A DNA stretch of 64,000 nt from an uncultured Acidobacteriota bacterium (lineage in GTDB: Bacteria; Acidobacteriota; Terriglobia; Terriglobales; Acidobacteriaceae): positions 269,069 to 333,068 of the forward strand of contig CAWIAE010000016.1 of the NCBI GenBank assembly GCA_963833995.1, written 5' to 3'. The notes beneath the pieces are model-generated. The model had not been told where the DNA came from, did no database searches, and worked only from the letters and a program-made list of their open reading frames with translations. Positions 46,499-55,999 of the stretch are shown piece after piece (the stretch's first letter is position 1; every line of letters begins with the position of its first letter). Both the position numbers and the translations under genes were made by a program.

Positions 46499-47476
46499 CT
46501 AACGTAACTGCTTGCTACTCGCTGCCTGTTGCAGCGCATACGCCTTGGCCACGCCCACGGCCAGGTGCGAATGCGTCCAATCACGCCCACGCGCTCCGTT
46601 ACGCTGATGGCTCCGCGCGCATCGAGCAGGTTGAACAGGTTGGAGCACTTGAGCGCCAGCTCGTAGGTGGCCAGCAGCGGGAAACGCCTCTTCTCTGCCG
46701 CGCTGGCCTTTTCGTCGGCCATCAACGCGTTCGGCCTGCGCCAGCAGCGACTGCGCTTCCGCTTCGTAAAGGTTGAAGTGCTCCCAGAGCTTCGGCACGT
46801 CGGCGTACTCGAAGTTGTAAACCGAGAACTGCAGCTCTTCGGCCAGGCGCACTTCGCCGTAGGTGACCGGCGCGCCGGTCTCCGGATCGCGCGCCCACAC
46901 GATGTCGTAGATCGAATCCACATCCTGCAGGAACGCCGCAATGCGCTCCATGCCGTAGGTGAGCTCGGCGCAGATCGGGTCGAGATCCATGCCGCCGCAC
47001 TGCTGGAAGTAGGTGAACTGCGTAATCTCAAGGCCGTCGAGCATCACCTGCCAGCCCACGCCCCACGCGCCGCCCGCCGGCCACTCCCAGTTGTCTTCTT
47101 CGAACTTCAGGTCGTGCGTGCTTGAGGTCGATGCCGATGCGCTTCAAGCGATTCGAGATAAAGCTCCTGCACGTTCACCGGCGGCGGCTTCAGGATGAGC
47201 TGAAACTGCGTGTGCTTGAACAGCCGGTTGGGATTTTCGCCGTAGCGGCCGTCGGCCGGCCGCCGCGAAGGCTGCGCATAGCCGACGCGGTACGGCTTGG
47301 GCCCGAGCACGCGCAGAAAGGTCTCCGGCGCCATGGTGCCCGCGCCCACTTCCACGTCGTAGGGCTGCTGCAGCACGCAGCCGCGCTCCGCCCAGAAGCG
47401 CCTGCAGGCGGAACAGCAGATCCTGAAAGGTGAGTGCGGTGGGCTTGCTGGAAGATAAAACCGGCGTTGAAGACAC
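46499..47476 (-). CDS. glyQ: Glycine--tRNA ligase alpha subunit, frameshifted as sequenced
   Basis: [38 protein letters not shown]. Confidence 0.92.
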
Positions 47477-47759
47477 AGGCGACTCTCTCTTGAGCGGGAC
47501 TCAACACCATCTTATCAGCCACGACTTGTGTCGCGCCGCGGATGCAGCCAGATGAATGGGCTCTGGCCTGGGGGTTCTCGCGGCATTGTTATAGTTCGGT
47601 TCATCCTGCCGGTCAAGGATCGTGTCTGCGCCGGCGTATGCGAAACTGTCGCAACTTCGACTTCATTTTTTTCCCACACCTTGATTGAACCAAAAATCGC
47701 ACCCCGGGTTCCACCCGCCATGCTCTACGATTGACAGAACAACGGAGGCAGCTCCCATC

Positions 47760-48341
47760 ATGTTGCGATTTCTGTTTGGAATCATTATCGGAATTGTGCT
47801 TGTCCCCATCGCCCTCCTGATATGGCTCAAATTCGGCAGCGTGCCCGTGGCTGTAGCGGACCCTCCCCTTCCCGATGAGGCGCAAATCACCGGCATGGCG
47901 CTTCATGCCCGCATCGATCGCGAAATGGTCCAGGTGCCGCCCATTCAGCCCGATGAAGAAACCCTCGTCGCCGGCGCCCACATCTACATGGATAAATGTG
48001 CCGTGTGCCACGGTACTCATGGCAAGGCTTCCGACCTCGGCTCCAACATGTTCCCCGGTGCGCCGCGGCTCTGGGAAAAACATCACGAGGGGGACGTTGT
48101 CGGCGTCAGCGACGATCCCCCCGGCGAAACATACTGGAAGGTATTCAACGGCATCCGGCTCTCCGGCATGCCAGACTTCAAAACCCAGTTGAACGATACC
48201 CAGATGTGGCAGGTAACCATGCTGCTGGCCAACGCCAACAAGCCCTTGCCCCCGGCCGCGTTGCAGACGTTGCGCGGCGAGCCCCTGCCAGCCACTCTGC
48301 TTGCACCCGCCGGAGGAACCGCCCAGGCGCCCGCTAAGTAG
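47760..48341 (+). CDS. Membrane-anchored c-type cytochrome
   Basis: TM, CAVCHG, GIRLSGMP. Confidence 0.88.
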   Translation: MLRFLFGIIIGIVLVPIALLIWLKFGSVPVAVADPPLPDEAQITGMALHARIDREMVQVPPIQPDEETLVAGAHIYMDKCAVCHGTHGKASDLGSNMFPGAPRLWEKHHEGDVVGVSDDPPGETYWKVFNGIRLSGMPDFKTQLNDTQMWQVTMLLANANKPLPPAALQTLRGEPLPATLLAPAGGTAQAPAK

Positions 48342-48380
48342 CCCAACTAACCAAAGTCCAACCAGGGAGAATTCGAAAAC

Positions 48381-48506
48381 ATGAGCGTACTTGATTCTCT
48401 GCGCAGCGGCCTGAAGTTCTTCCTGATGAGCCTCGGCATCTCCAGCCCGCCGAAGAAACCTCAGACAACCCCTAAATCCACCCCCAAACCCGAACCGCAC
48501 AAATAA
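48381..48506 (+). CDS. Small protein (41 aa), not in the ORF track
   Basis: GGAG RBS; MSVLDSLRSGLKFFLMSLGISSPPKKPQTTPKSTPKPEPHK. Confidence 0.55.
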   Translation: MSVLDSLRSGLKFFLMSLGISSPPKKPQTTPKSTPKPEPHK

Positions 48507-48535
48507 GGTCAAGGCTTGAGAATCGGAGTGCATGG

Positions 48536-49639
48536 ATGAGCTATCGCAAACCGTGCCCAACAGCGATCATGGTGGCCGCTCTCGTTCTCGCCTCAGCCAT
48601 TCCCGCACTGGCGCAGGCGGGCGACTACTTCACCAACTGGCCCGCCGGAACCTCACCCCAGGAAGTGGGCAAGCACCTCGCCGAGCACTTCGTCACCAGC
48701 CCCCATCAATACTCGGCCACCATCCACTACTCCGAGGCCGTCGCCTGGTATGGTGCGCTAACCTTCGCCCAACTCACCCACGATGACGCGCTGCAGACCG
48801 AACTGATTCGCCGTTTCGATCCCCTCATGCCCGGCGGTGCCGAAGCCGCGCGCCGCCCCGTCCGCCACCATGTCGACGACTCCATCTTCGGCATCATTCC
48901 CCTTCAAATCGCCATCCAGACCAAAGACCCCAAATACCTGGCCGAAGGCAAATACTGGGCCGACCGCCAATGGGAAAACCCGCTGCCCGACGGCCTATCC
49001 GCTGAGACCCGCTTCTGGGTCGACGACATGTACATGCTCACCATGCTGCAGCTTGAGGCCTATCGCGCCACCGGCGATCGCGTCTATCTCGACCGCGACG
49101 CCAAAGAAATGGTGGCCTATCTCGACAAGCTGCAGCAGCCCAACGGCCTCTTCTACCACGCCCCCGACGTGCCTTTTTTCTGGGGTCGCGGCGACGGCTG
49201 GTTTGCCGCCGGAATGGCCGAGATCCTGCGCGACCTGCCTCCCGATCACCCCCAGCGCGCCCGCATTCTCGCCGGCTACCGCCTTATGATGGCGGCCCTG
49301 CTCAAATACCAGGGCAAAGACGGCATGTGGCGCGAACTGATCGACCACGACGAGGCCTGGCCTGAAACCTCCAGCTCCGCCATGTTCACCTTTGCCATGA
49401 TCACCGGCGTCAAAAATGGCTGGCTCTCCGCCCCCACCTACGGCCCGGCAGCCCGCCGCGCATGGATCGCCGTGGTCGGCTACATCGACCAGAACTGGGA
49501 CGTGACCAACGTCTGCGAGGGTACCGGCAAAAAAGACGACCTCGCCTACTACCTCGCCCGCCACCGCCGCACCGGCGACTTCCACGGCCAGGCTCCCGTC
49601 CTCTGGGCCGCATCCGCCCTGCTCCGCGAGTCGCAATGA
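48536..49639 (+). CDS. GH105/GH88 unsaturated glycuronyl hydrolase
   Basis: WVDDMYM, FFWGRGDGW, ETSSSAMF. Confidence 0.88.
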   Translation: MSYRKPCPTAIMVAALVLASAIPALAQAGDYFTNWPAGTSPQEVGKHLAEHFVTSPHQYSATIHYSEAVAWYGALTFAQLTHDDALQTELIRRFDPLMPGGAEAARRPVRHHVDDSIFGIIPLQIAIQTKDPKYLAEGKYWADRQWENPLPDGLSAETRFWVDDMYMLTMLQLEAYRATGDRVYLDRDAKEMVAYLDKLQQPNGLFYHAPDVPFFWGRGDGWFAAGMAEILRDLPPDHPQRARILAGYRLMMAALLKYQGKDGMWRELIDHDEAWPETSSSAMFTFAMITGVKNGWLSAPTYGPAARRAWIAVVGYIDQNWDVTNVCEGTGKKDDLAYYLARHRRTGDFHGQAPVLWAASALLRESQ

Positions 49640-49921
49640 CTGGTTGAGTTCGTGCAAGAATCAGCCCCCGCAAAATCCTGCATCCCGCCACCCTCCTCTC
49701 ATGTCCAATAGAGTGGATCGAGTTATGTCATCAGCATCTTCCTCCATCAGGAATTCATTCCGGGCATTCTGGGATTTCTTCGTCCTGTTCAGCGGAATCT
49801 CGACAGCCTCAAACCTGTCCCGCACCCGCCGTCAGCCCATCCTGAGCCGCGGGCTTTTCCTTTTCCGGAAGACCGACCGCAAATAACGCCGCCTGTGCGT
49901 CTATCGATCCCACAAATTGGC

Positions 49922-49956
49922 GGGGTCCCCGGCGACAGGTCTTCGTCGCAGGGGTG
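49922..49956 (+). repeat. REP-like hairpin
   Basis: ggggt-cccc-ggcgac-aggtcttc-gtcgca-ggggtg. Confidence 0.55.
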
Positions 49957-49977
49957 CAAAATTGGTAGAATCAACCT

Positions 49978-51042
49978 ATGCCGCTGACCCGCCAAGAGGC
50001 CCTCGACTACTTCCAATCACCCGACCTCATCGGCCTGGGCTTCGAGGCCGACGCCGTCCGCCGCCGCCTCCACCCCGAAGGCGTGGTCACCTACATCATC
50101 GATCGCAACATCAACTACACCAACTTCTGCACCGAGTACTGCACCTTCTGCGCCTTCTATCCGCCCCCTCCCCAAAGAAGGCAAAAACATCCCCCGCTCC
50201 GACGAGGGCTACATCTCTCGACTTCGAAAAAATCTACGAAAAGATCGCCGAGACCCTCGAGATGGGCGGCACCGGCGTCCTCATGCAGGGCGGCCTTCAC
50301 CCCGACCTCAAGATCGACTGGTTCGAGCGCCTGTTCACCGGCATCAAGCAGCGCTTCCCGCAGATCTGGCTCCACTGCCTCTCCGCCTCTGAAATCCTCG
50401 CCATCGCCGAGTACTCCGACGCTCGACCTGCGCACCACCATCGTCCGCCTCCGCGACGCCGGCCTCGACTCCATCCCCGGCGGCGGCGCCGAAATCCTCG
50501 ACGACGAAGTCCGCTTCCGCATCGCCCGCCTCAAGTGCCGCACCGAAGATTGGGTCAGCGTCCATCGCACCGCCCACCAGCTCGGCATGCGCACCACCGC
50601 CACCATGATGTTCGGCGTCGGCGAGACCTTCGACCAGCGCATCAACCACTTCGAAGTCGTCCGCCGCCTCCAGGAAGAAACCGGCGGATTCACCGCCTTC
50701 ATCCCCTGGAGCTTCCAGCCCCACAACACCGCTCTCGGCGGCCGCGGCTGGGACGAGGCCACCTCAGTCGAATACCTCAAGGTCCTCGCCATCGCCCGCC
50801 TCTACCTCGACAACATCGAAAACGTGCAGGCCAGTTGGGTCACCCAGGGCCTCAAGGTCCTCGAGCTGGGCCTCCACTTCGGCGGCAACGACGTAGGCTC
50901 CGTGATGCTCGAAGAGAACGTCGTCAAAGCCGCAGGCACCAGCAACTGCACCACCGAAGAAGAACTCCGCCGCATCATCCGCGACGCCGGCTTCAAGCCC
51001 GTCCAGCGCGACACCCTCTACCGCACCATGTTCCTCAACTAA
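49978..51042 (+). CDS. mqnC: Cyclic dehypoxanthine futalosine synthase (radical SAM), with a compensated internal frameshift
   Basis: DRNINYTNFC...C..C, PGGGAEIL, TATMMFG, QASWVTQG; the segment at ~50160-50420 (MQGGLHP) is in another frame. Confidence 0.88.
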   Translation: MPLTRQEALDYFQSPDLIGLGFEADAVRRRLHPEGVVTYIIDRNINYTNFCTEYCTFCAFYPPPPQRRQKHPPLRRGLHLSTSKKSTKRSPRPSRWAAPASSCRAAFTPTSRSTGSSACSPASSSASRRSGSTASPPLKSSPSPSTPTLDLRTTIVRLRDAGLDSIPGGGAEILDDEVRFRIARLKCRTEDWVSVHRTAHQLGMRTTATMMFGVGETFDQRINHFEVVRRLQEETGGFTAFIPWSFQPHNTALGGRGWDEATSVEYLKVLAIARLYLDNIENVQASWVTQGLKVLELGLHFGGNDVGSVMLEENVVKAAGTSNCTTEEELRRIIRDAGFKPVQRDTLYRTMFLN

Positions 51043-51049
51043 CGACGCC

Positions 51050-51103
51050 GGTTGCCCCATCCTGAATGCGTTCCCTGCGTTTAAGGCGGGAAAGCACAAT
51101 CCC
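51050..51103 (+). repeat. REP hairpin (GGTGCCCC family)
   Basis: ggttgccccatcctgaatgcg-ttccc-tgcgtttaaggcgggaaagc. Confidence 0.7.
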
Positions 51104-51196
51104 TTCCCGCGCTCGATTCTCACTCGCCTCATTATCCCAACACCCCACCGCAGTGGTATTCTGGCGCGTCCTTATTAATGGCACGAGGAGAAACAC

Positions 51197-51727
51197 GTGA
51201 GAAAAGGCATCTTACTTGCAATCGGCGGATTGGCGTTCTTGGCGGGCTGCGGCAACCAGGGCAACAACGCTACCAACATTCCCGTTACGCCCAAATGGAA
51301 AGGGCCTGCCTACCGCCTTGCGCTCGACACCAAGGCGCCCAAGCCGAACCCGGCTGGCGTCACCATTCCGGATATCAAATACACGGCGAACCCTGACGCG
51401 CTCGAGACCAGGGTCAGCCTCGTGGTGCGCTTCGACGCTTCAGGAGCGAAGAAAACAGACCAGCAGGTCATGGACCAGATCATGATTGGTCCCTTCGATA
51501 TCTCCGGCGCGGAGGGCGCCGTTCCCGCCGACAACATGGAGCTGGCGGATAAAGGACTGGCGAGACTGCTCGGCGCTTACTGCATGAAAGGGAAGATAAA
51601 GGTATCTGCGGTCCTTACCAGGTCGTCGATCAGCCCCCAGGCCGGAGATGCTGAAGTCAACGAGAAGCGCCTGTCCGACTGGCTGCCCATCGAGGTTGTA
51701 TTCAAGAACCCCCATCCAAAATGCTAG
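51197..51727 (+). CDS. Hypothetical lipoprotein
   Basis: LAGC lipobox, GAGGAG RBS. Confidence 0.8.
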   Translation: MRKGILLAIGGLAFLAGCGNQGNNATNIPVTPKWKGPAYRLALDTKAPKPNPAGVTIPDIKYTANPDALETRVSLVVRFDASGAKKTDQQVMDQIMIGPFDISGAEGAVPADNMELADKGLARLLGAYCMKGKIKVSAVLTRSSISPQAGDAEVNEKRLSDWLPIEVVFKNPHPKC

Positions 51728-51788
51728 CGCCCGTGTTTCTCGGCGCATCCAGATAGCAGCCCAGGTGGCCACCTCTACTTCTCTGCAA

Positions 51789-51815
51789 AGTTGGCGGCCA
51801 ACTCGGCCGCCAACT
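51789..51815. other. Perfect 11-bp hairpin
   Basis: agttggcggcc-aactc-ggccgccaact. Confidence 0.6.
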
Positions 51816-52019
51816 CGAAAAGCGGAAATCCGCTACCCACAGGTGTGTCTGCAACACCCACTCTGAACTCATTTCGCGCTAAAATAAAAGCAGCCGCATG
51901 ATCCTCCATCAGCCCATCTCGGCTCTCCTCTAGCGGCGCCCGCCGCCTACACTTGTTCTCCGCCATTTACAGTTCCCGAGAAACTACACCAAAACTCAAG
52001 ACCCCGGAGGGGTTCAGCC

Positions 52020-53096
52020 GTGATTGACCGTCTCGAACAAATGGAGCAGCGCTACGACGAGTTGCAGTCCCAGCTCTCGCTGCCTGAAATCATCAACGAC
52101 CGCGAAAAATATCAGAAGGCCGGCAAAGCGCTCAGCGACCTTGAAACCCCGGTTCAGAAATACCGCGAACTGAAGCAGGTTCGCCAGGGCCTCGCCGACG
52201 CCCGCGCCATGCTCGCTGAAACCGACCTCGACCTGCGCGCCATGGCCCTGGAAGAAATCGCCGCCCTCGAGCCACGCGAGTCCACTATCGAAGAAGAGAT
52301 CAAGGTCCTGCTGCTGCCCAAAGATCCCAACGACGAAAAGAACGTCATCCTTGAGATCCGCGCCGGCACCGGCGGCGACGAAGCTTCGCTCTTTGCCGCC
52401 GAAATCTTTCGCATGTACACGCGCTTCGCCGAGCAGCATCGCTGGAAGGTCGAGGTCCTCTCGCTCTCCGAATCCGGCGTCGGCGGATACAAGGAAATCA
52501 TCGCCATCATCGAAGGCAATCGCGTCTATTCGCAGCTCAAGTGGGAAAGCGGCGTGCACCGCGTCCAGCGCGTCCCCGCCACTGAGACCCAGGGCCGCGT
52601 CCACACCTCGGCCGTCACCGTCGCAGTCTTGCCCGAAGCCGAAGAAGTCGACATCAAAATCGAAGCCAAAGACATTCGCATCGACACCTTCTGCTCCTCC
52701 GGCCCCGGCGGCCAGTCCGTCAACACCACCTACTCGGCCGTCCGCATCACTCACATTCCCACCAACACCGTGGTCAGTTGCCAGGACGAAAAATCACAGA
52801 TCAAGAATCGCGAAAAAGGCATGCGCGTCCTTCGCTCCCGCCTCTATGAAGTGGAGATGGAGCGCCAGAATGCCGAACTCGCCAGGGAGCGCAAACAGCA
52901 GGTTGGCTCAGGCGACCGCAGCGAAAAGATCCGCACTTACAACTTCCCGCAAAACCGCCTCACCGACCACCGCATCGGCCTCACCCTCCACCAGCTCGAC
53001 CTCGTCATGGAAGGCCGCCTCCAGCCCATCGTCGATGCCCTCATCACGCATTACCAGGCGGAACAGTTGAAGGCGGATGCGCACCAGGCCGCCTGA
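52020..53096 (+). CDS. prfA: Peptide chain release factor 1
   Basis: PAT motif (VPATE), GGQ, RTYNFPQ. Confidence 0.97.
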   Translation: MIDRLEQMEQRYDELQSQLSLPEIINDREKYQKAGKALSDLETPVQKYRELKQVRQGLADARAMLAETDLDLRAMALEEIAALEPRESTIEEEIKVLLLPKDPNDEKNVILEIRAGTGGDEASLFAAEIFRMYTRFAEQHRWKVEVLSLSESGVGGYKEIIAIIEGNRVYSQLKWESGVHRVQRVPATETQGRVHTSAVTVAVLPEAEEVDIKIEAKDIRIDTFCSSGPGGQSVNTTYSAVRITHIPTNTVVSCQDEKSQIKNREKGMRVLRSRLYEVEMERQNAELARERKQQVGSGDRSEKIRTYNFPQNRLTDHRIGLTLHQLDLVMEGRLQPIVDALITHYQAEQLKADAHQAA

Positions 53097-54142
53097 TGAA
53101 TCTCCGCGAGTGGCTCGAACACGGCGAAGACCAACTCCGCGCCGGTCCGCACTCTGACCGCGCCCGCCGCGACGCCGAATCGCTGCTCCTCCACCTCATC
53201 GGCAAAAATAGAGCCTGGCTCCTGGCCCACCAGCACGACGACTTCGCCGGATGTAAAGCAATCGGCTATGCCGCCCTCCTCAACCGCCGTCAAAAAGGCG
53301 AGCCCATCCAATACATCACCGGCGAAACCGAGTTCTACGGCCTGCCCTTCCGCGTCACTCCCGATGTCCTCATTCCCCGCCCTGAAACCGAGCACCTTGT
53401 AGAAAAAGTCCTCCAACTCGCCACACAGCTTGCTCCGGCCCAGCCACAAACCTTGGGTGCCCCATCCTTGAATCGTTCTTTGATTCAAGGGTGGGAAAGC
53501 AACCAACTCGACCCTCCTGCAACAACCCCCCGCATTCTCGACATAGGCACAGGCTCCGGCGTAATCGCCATAGCCCTCGCCCATGCTCTGTCCATTCAAA
53601 CTCCCGAGAGTCTCGGCTCGAAGAAGGGTACGGGCTTCAGCCCGTACATCCATTCCGCGCAACTCACCAGGGCTTTAGCCCCTGGGGGACTCTTCCTCCA
53701 AAATGCGATCCCGCAAATCACCGCCACCGACATCTCCTCTCCCGCTTTAGCCATCGCCAAAGAAAACGCCACCCGCAACAACGTTCCCATCCGCTTCAAA
53801 CAAGGCGACCTCCTCACCCCCGTCGCCGGCGAACTCTTCGAGATCATCGTCTCCAACCCGCCTTACGTCCCCGAAACGGACCGCCCCACCCTCTCCGTCG
53901 AAGTCTGCGACCACGAACCCGCCCTCGCCCTCTTCGCCGGCGACACCGGTCTCGAAATCTACCGCCGCCTCATTCCCGCCGCCTTCGCCGCACTCGCACC
54001 CGGCGGTTACCTCGCCCTCGAAATCGGCTTCGGCCAGTCCCACGCCGTCCACACGCTTCTCGCCGCCGCGGGCTTTCAGCACATCCAATTCACGCCCGAC
54101 CTGCAAGGCATCCCCCGCGTCGTCACCGCCAGCCGCCCCTGA
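53096..54142 (+). CDS. prmC: Release-factor glutamine methyltransferase with two in-frame insertions
   Basis: EP.QYI, LIPRPETE, LDIGTGSG, SNPPY, HEP..AL, EIG; follows prfA. Confidence 0.93.
   Translation: MNLREWLEHGEDQLRAGPHSDRARRDAESLLLHLIGKNRAWLLAHQHDDFAGCKAIGYAALLNRRQKGEPIQYITGETEFYGLPFRVTPDVLIPRPETEHLVEKVLQLATQLAPAQPQTLGAPSLNRSLIQGWESNQLDPPATTPRILDIGTGSGVIAIALAHALSIQTPESLGSKKGTGFSPYIHSAQLTRALAPGGLFLQNAIPQITATDISSPALAIAKENATRNNVPIRFKQGDLLTPVAGELFEIIVSNPPYVPETDRPTLSVEVCDHEPALALFAGDTGLEIYRRLIPAAFAALAPGGYLALEIGFGQSHAVHTLLAAAGFQHIQFTPDLQGIPRVVTASRP
53455..53510 (+). repeat. REP (GGGTGCCCC family) in-frame within prmC
   Basis: gggtgc-cccatccttgaatc-gttcttt-gattcaagggtggg-aaagc. Confidence 0.85.
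53621..53690 (+). repeat. Two-hairpin REP (GCTTCAGC/GGCTTTAGCC family) in-frame within prmC
   Basis: gtacgggct-tc-agcccgtac ... gggctttagccc; same layout as 59101-59166. Confidence 0.85.
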
Positions 54143-54218
54143 AACCTGCCCCGATCCTTGACAGCCTTCCCACCCCGTCTTTATGTTTGCGCCAGTCCAT
54201 TAGCCGACAGGACCAGCG

Positions 54219-54332
54219 ATGAAACCTTCCCAAAACGGATCAAAGACCCAAGCCATCCTCACCGACACCCACTTCCTCATCCCCCTCATCGTCTTTTGCA
54301 TCGGTCTCGCGCTCCTCATCTCGCTGCACTGA
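54219..54332 (+). CDS. Small single-TM protein (37 aa), not in the ORF track
   Basis: AGGA RBS; MKPSQNGSKTQAILTDTHFLIPLIVFCIGLALLISLH. Confidence 0.6.
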   Translation: MKPSQNGSKTQAILTDTHFLIPLIVFCIGLALLISLH

Positions 54333-54410
54333 GGCAGCCACCGCCGCGTCAGGTGCACGCGCCCCATTGCACGCCGACCCATTGCGAGAAGAAAGGAACC
54401 TCCGCCCCCA

Positions 54411-55703
54411 ATGAACCGACCCGCAAACACCACCGCGCCGCCAGCCTTCGCGTCTGTCCACGGCCTCGGCGTGCTGTGCGGGCTCAGCGCCGGCGTCTGG
54501 CTCGGCGCGGCTGAAGCGCCCACCAAGCTGGTCAACTCCGGCTTGTCGCCCTACGCCATCTCCCTCTGCATGGTCGCCGGTGTCTTCACCGCCCGCTGGA
54601 CCGTCCCCACCCTTCTCAAAGGCACCCGGCAGGTCTTCGCCGATCTCGCCCGCAACAAGCACCTCATCCCCGTCGCCATTCTCGCCGGCATGTTGTGGGC
54701 CGTCGCCAACACCCTCACCGTCTTCGCCATTCGCGACGTCGGCCTGGCCATCGCTTTTCCCCTGTGGAACACCAATTCCCTCGTCGGCATTTTCTGGGGT
54801 CGAGTGCTTTTCGGGGAATTGAAAGGCGGAAGCCTCAAAAACATCGCCAAGGTCTTGCTCGGCGCGCTTGCCATCGTCGCCGCCGCCATCATGCTAGGCT
54901 TCAGCACCATTCATTCCAGCGGCCCCCACGCCCATCGCGCCGCCGCCGGTGTTCTCGCCGCCGCCGGCGCCAGCCTCCTCTGGGGAACCATGTACATTCC
55001 CTACCGCAAGGCATACGTCAGTGGCATGAACCCGCTCTCCTTTGTCACCGTCTTCACCATCGGCGAACTTGGCGCCATGGTCACCCTGGCCTTCGCGCTC
55101 GACGGCCCGGCAACTGTCGCGTTGATTCACTCCCCCGACACCAGAAAAATACTCTTCTGGCTCTTCCTCGGTGGATTCGTCTGGGTCATCGGCGACATCT
55201 TCCAGCAATACGCCACCAAGTACCTCGGCATCGGCCGCGGCATCCCGCTCTCCAACACCAACCAGCTCTGGGGCCTCGCCTGGGGCGCGCTTGTCTTCGG
55301 CGAACTGGCCCATGCCGACGCCACCCATCGCCTTCTCGTCATCTCCGGCTCGCTGGTCATGATCCTCGGCGCCCTCGCCGTCTCCACCGCCGTCGCCACC
55401 GAGCGCGAACACGCCTCCACGAACGAGGCTCTCCTCCGCGAATGCAATCGCTACGGCATGGACTACACCCGCGTGCTCCAGGACTACAGCGGCGACCCCA
55501 ATCGAGCGAAGGGGCCACAGCGCACACGATGGGATTACGCCATTCTAGCCGCCGGAACCAGCGTCTTCGTCGGTTTGGGCCTCAACGCCCGCGCACCCAA
55601 CCTCAACATGAACCTCGCCTGGACCGCCGTCCTCACCATCGCGCTCATCGTCACCGCAGCCATTTGCGCCTGGGGACTCTGGAAGTCCACGCGATTCTCT
55701 TGA
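54411..55703 (+). CDS. GRP/DMT-family sugar transporter
   Basis: Multi-TM, two internal repeats (GLAIAFPL.NTN / GIGRGIPLSNTN, WG..VFGE). Confidence 0.8.
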   Translation: MNRPANTTAPPAFASVHGLGVLCGLSAGVWLGAAEAPTKLVNSGLSPYAISLCMVAGVFTARWTVPTLLKGTRQVFADLARNKHLIPVAILAGMLWAVANTLTVFAIRDVGLAIAFPLWNTNSLVGIFWGRVLFGELKGGSLKNIAKVLLGALAIVAAAIMLGFSTIHSSGPHAHRAAAGVLAAAGASLLWGTMYIPYRKAYVSGMNPLSFVTVFTIGELGAMVTLAFALDGPATVALIHSPDTRKILFWLFLGGFVWVIGDIFQQYATKYLGIGRGIPLSNTNQLWGLAWGALVFGELAHADATHRLLVISGSLVMILGALAVSTAVATEREHASTNEALLRECNRYGMDYTRVLQDYSGDPNRAKGPQRTRWDYAILAAGTSVFVGLGLNARAPNLNMNLAWTAVLTIALIVTAAICAWGLWKSTRFS

Positions 55704-55737
55704 ACCGCCCATCAACTGCGTTCACCAAAATAGAGGG

Positions 55738-55999
55738 TGGCCCGGGTCTTTAGGGATGCTCGATTACCACAAAAGATGGGTGCCCCAGGTCCCTCGCTCT
55801 TGGGGACCTGGGATAGCACGATCCTCAACCGCCCGTCCTTCCAATTCCCATCCGGCCGGCAGTTGGGCGGCTGGCCCGGGTCTTTAGGGATGCTCGATTA
55901 CCACAAAAGATGGGTGCCCCAGGTCCCTCGCTCTTGGGGACCTGGGATAGCACGATCCTCAACCGCCCGTCCTTCCAATTCCCATCCGGCCGGCAGTTG
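55738..55999 (+). repeat. Identical 128-bp direct repeat (55738-55865 and 55872-55999) containing a REP end
   Basis: Base-by-base comparison; period 134. Confidence 0.95.

Noticed and set aside
38442-47476. Programmed frameshifting or pseudogenisation of rpoN, lptB and glyQS
   Set aside because: Many scattered indels in essential genes confined to one interval; sequencing error is more parsimonious.
55738-55999. Possible CRISPR or attL/attR repeats
   Set aside because: These are two adjacent 128-bp copies containing RAYT coding sequence; there is no integrase or spacer structure.
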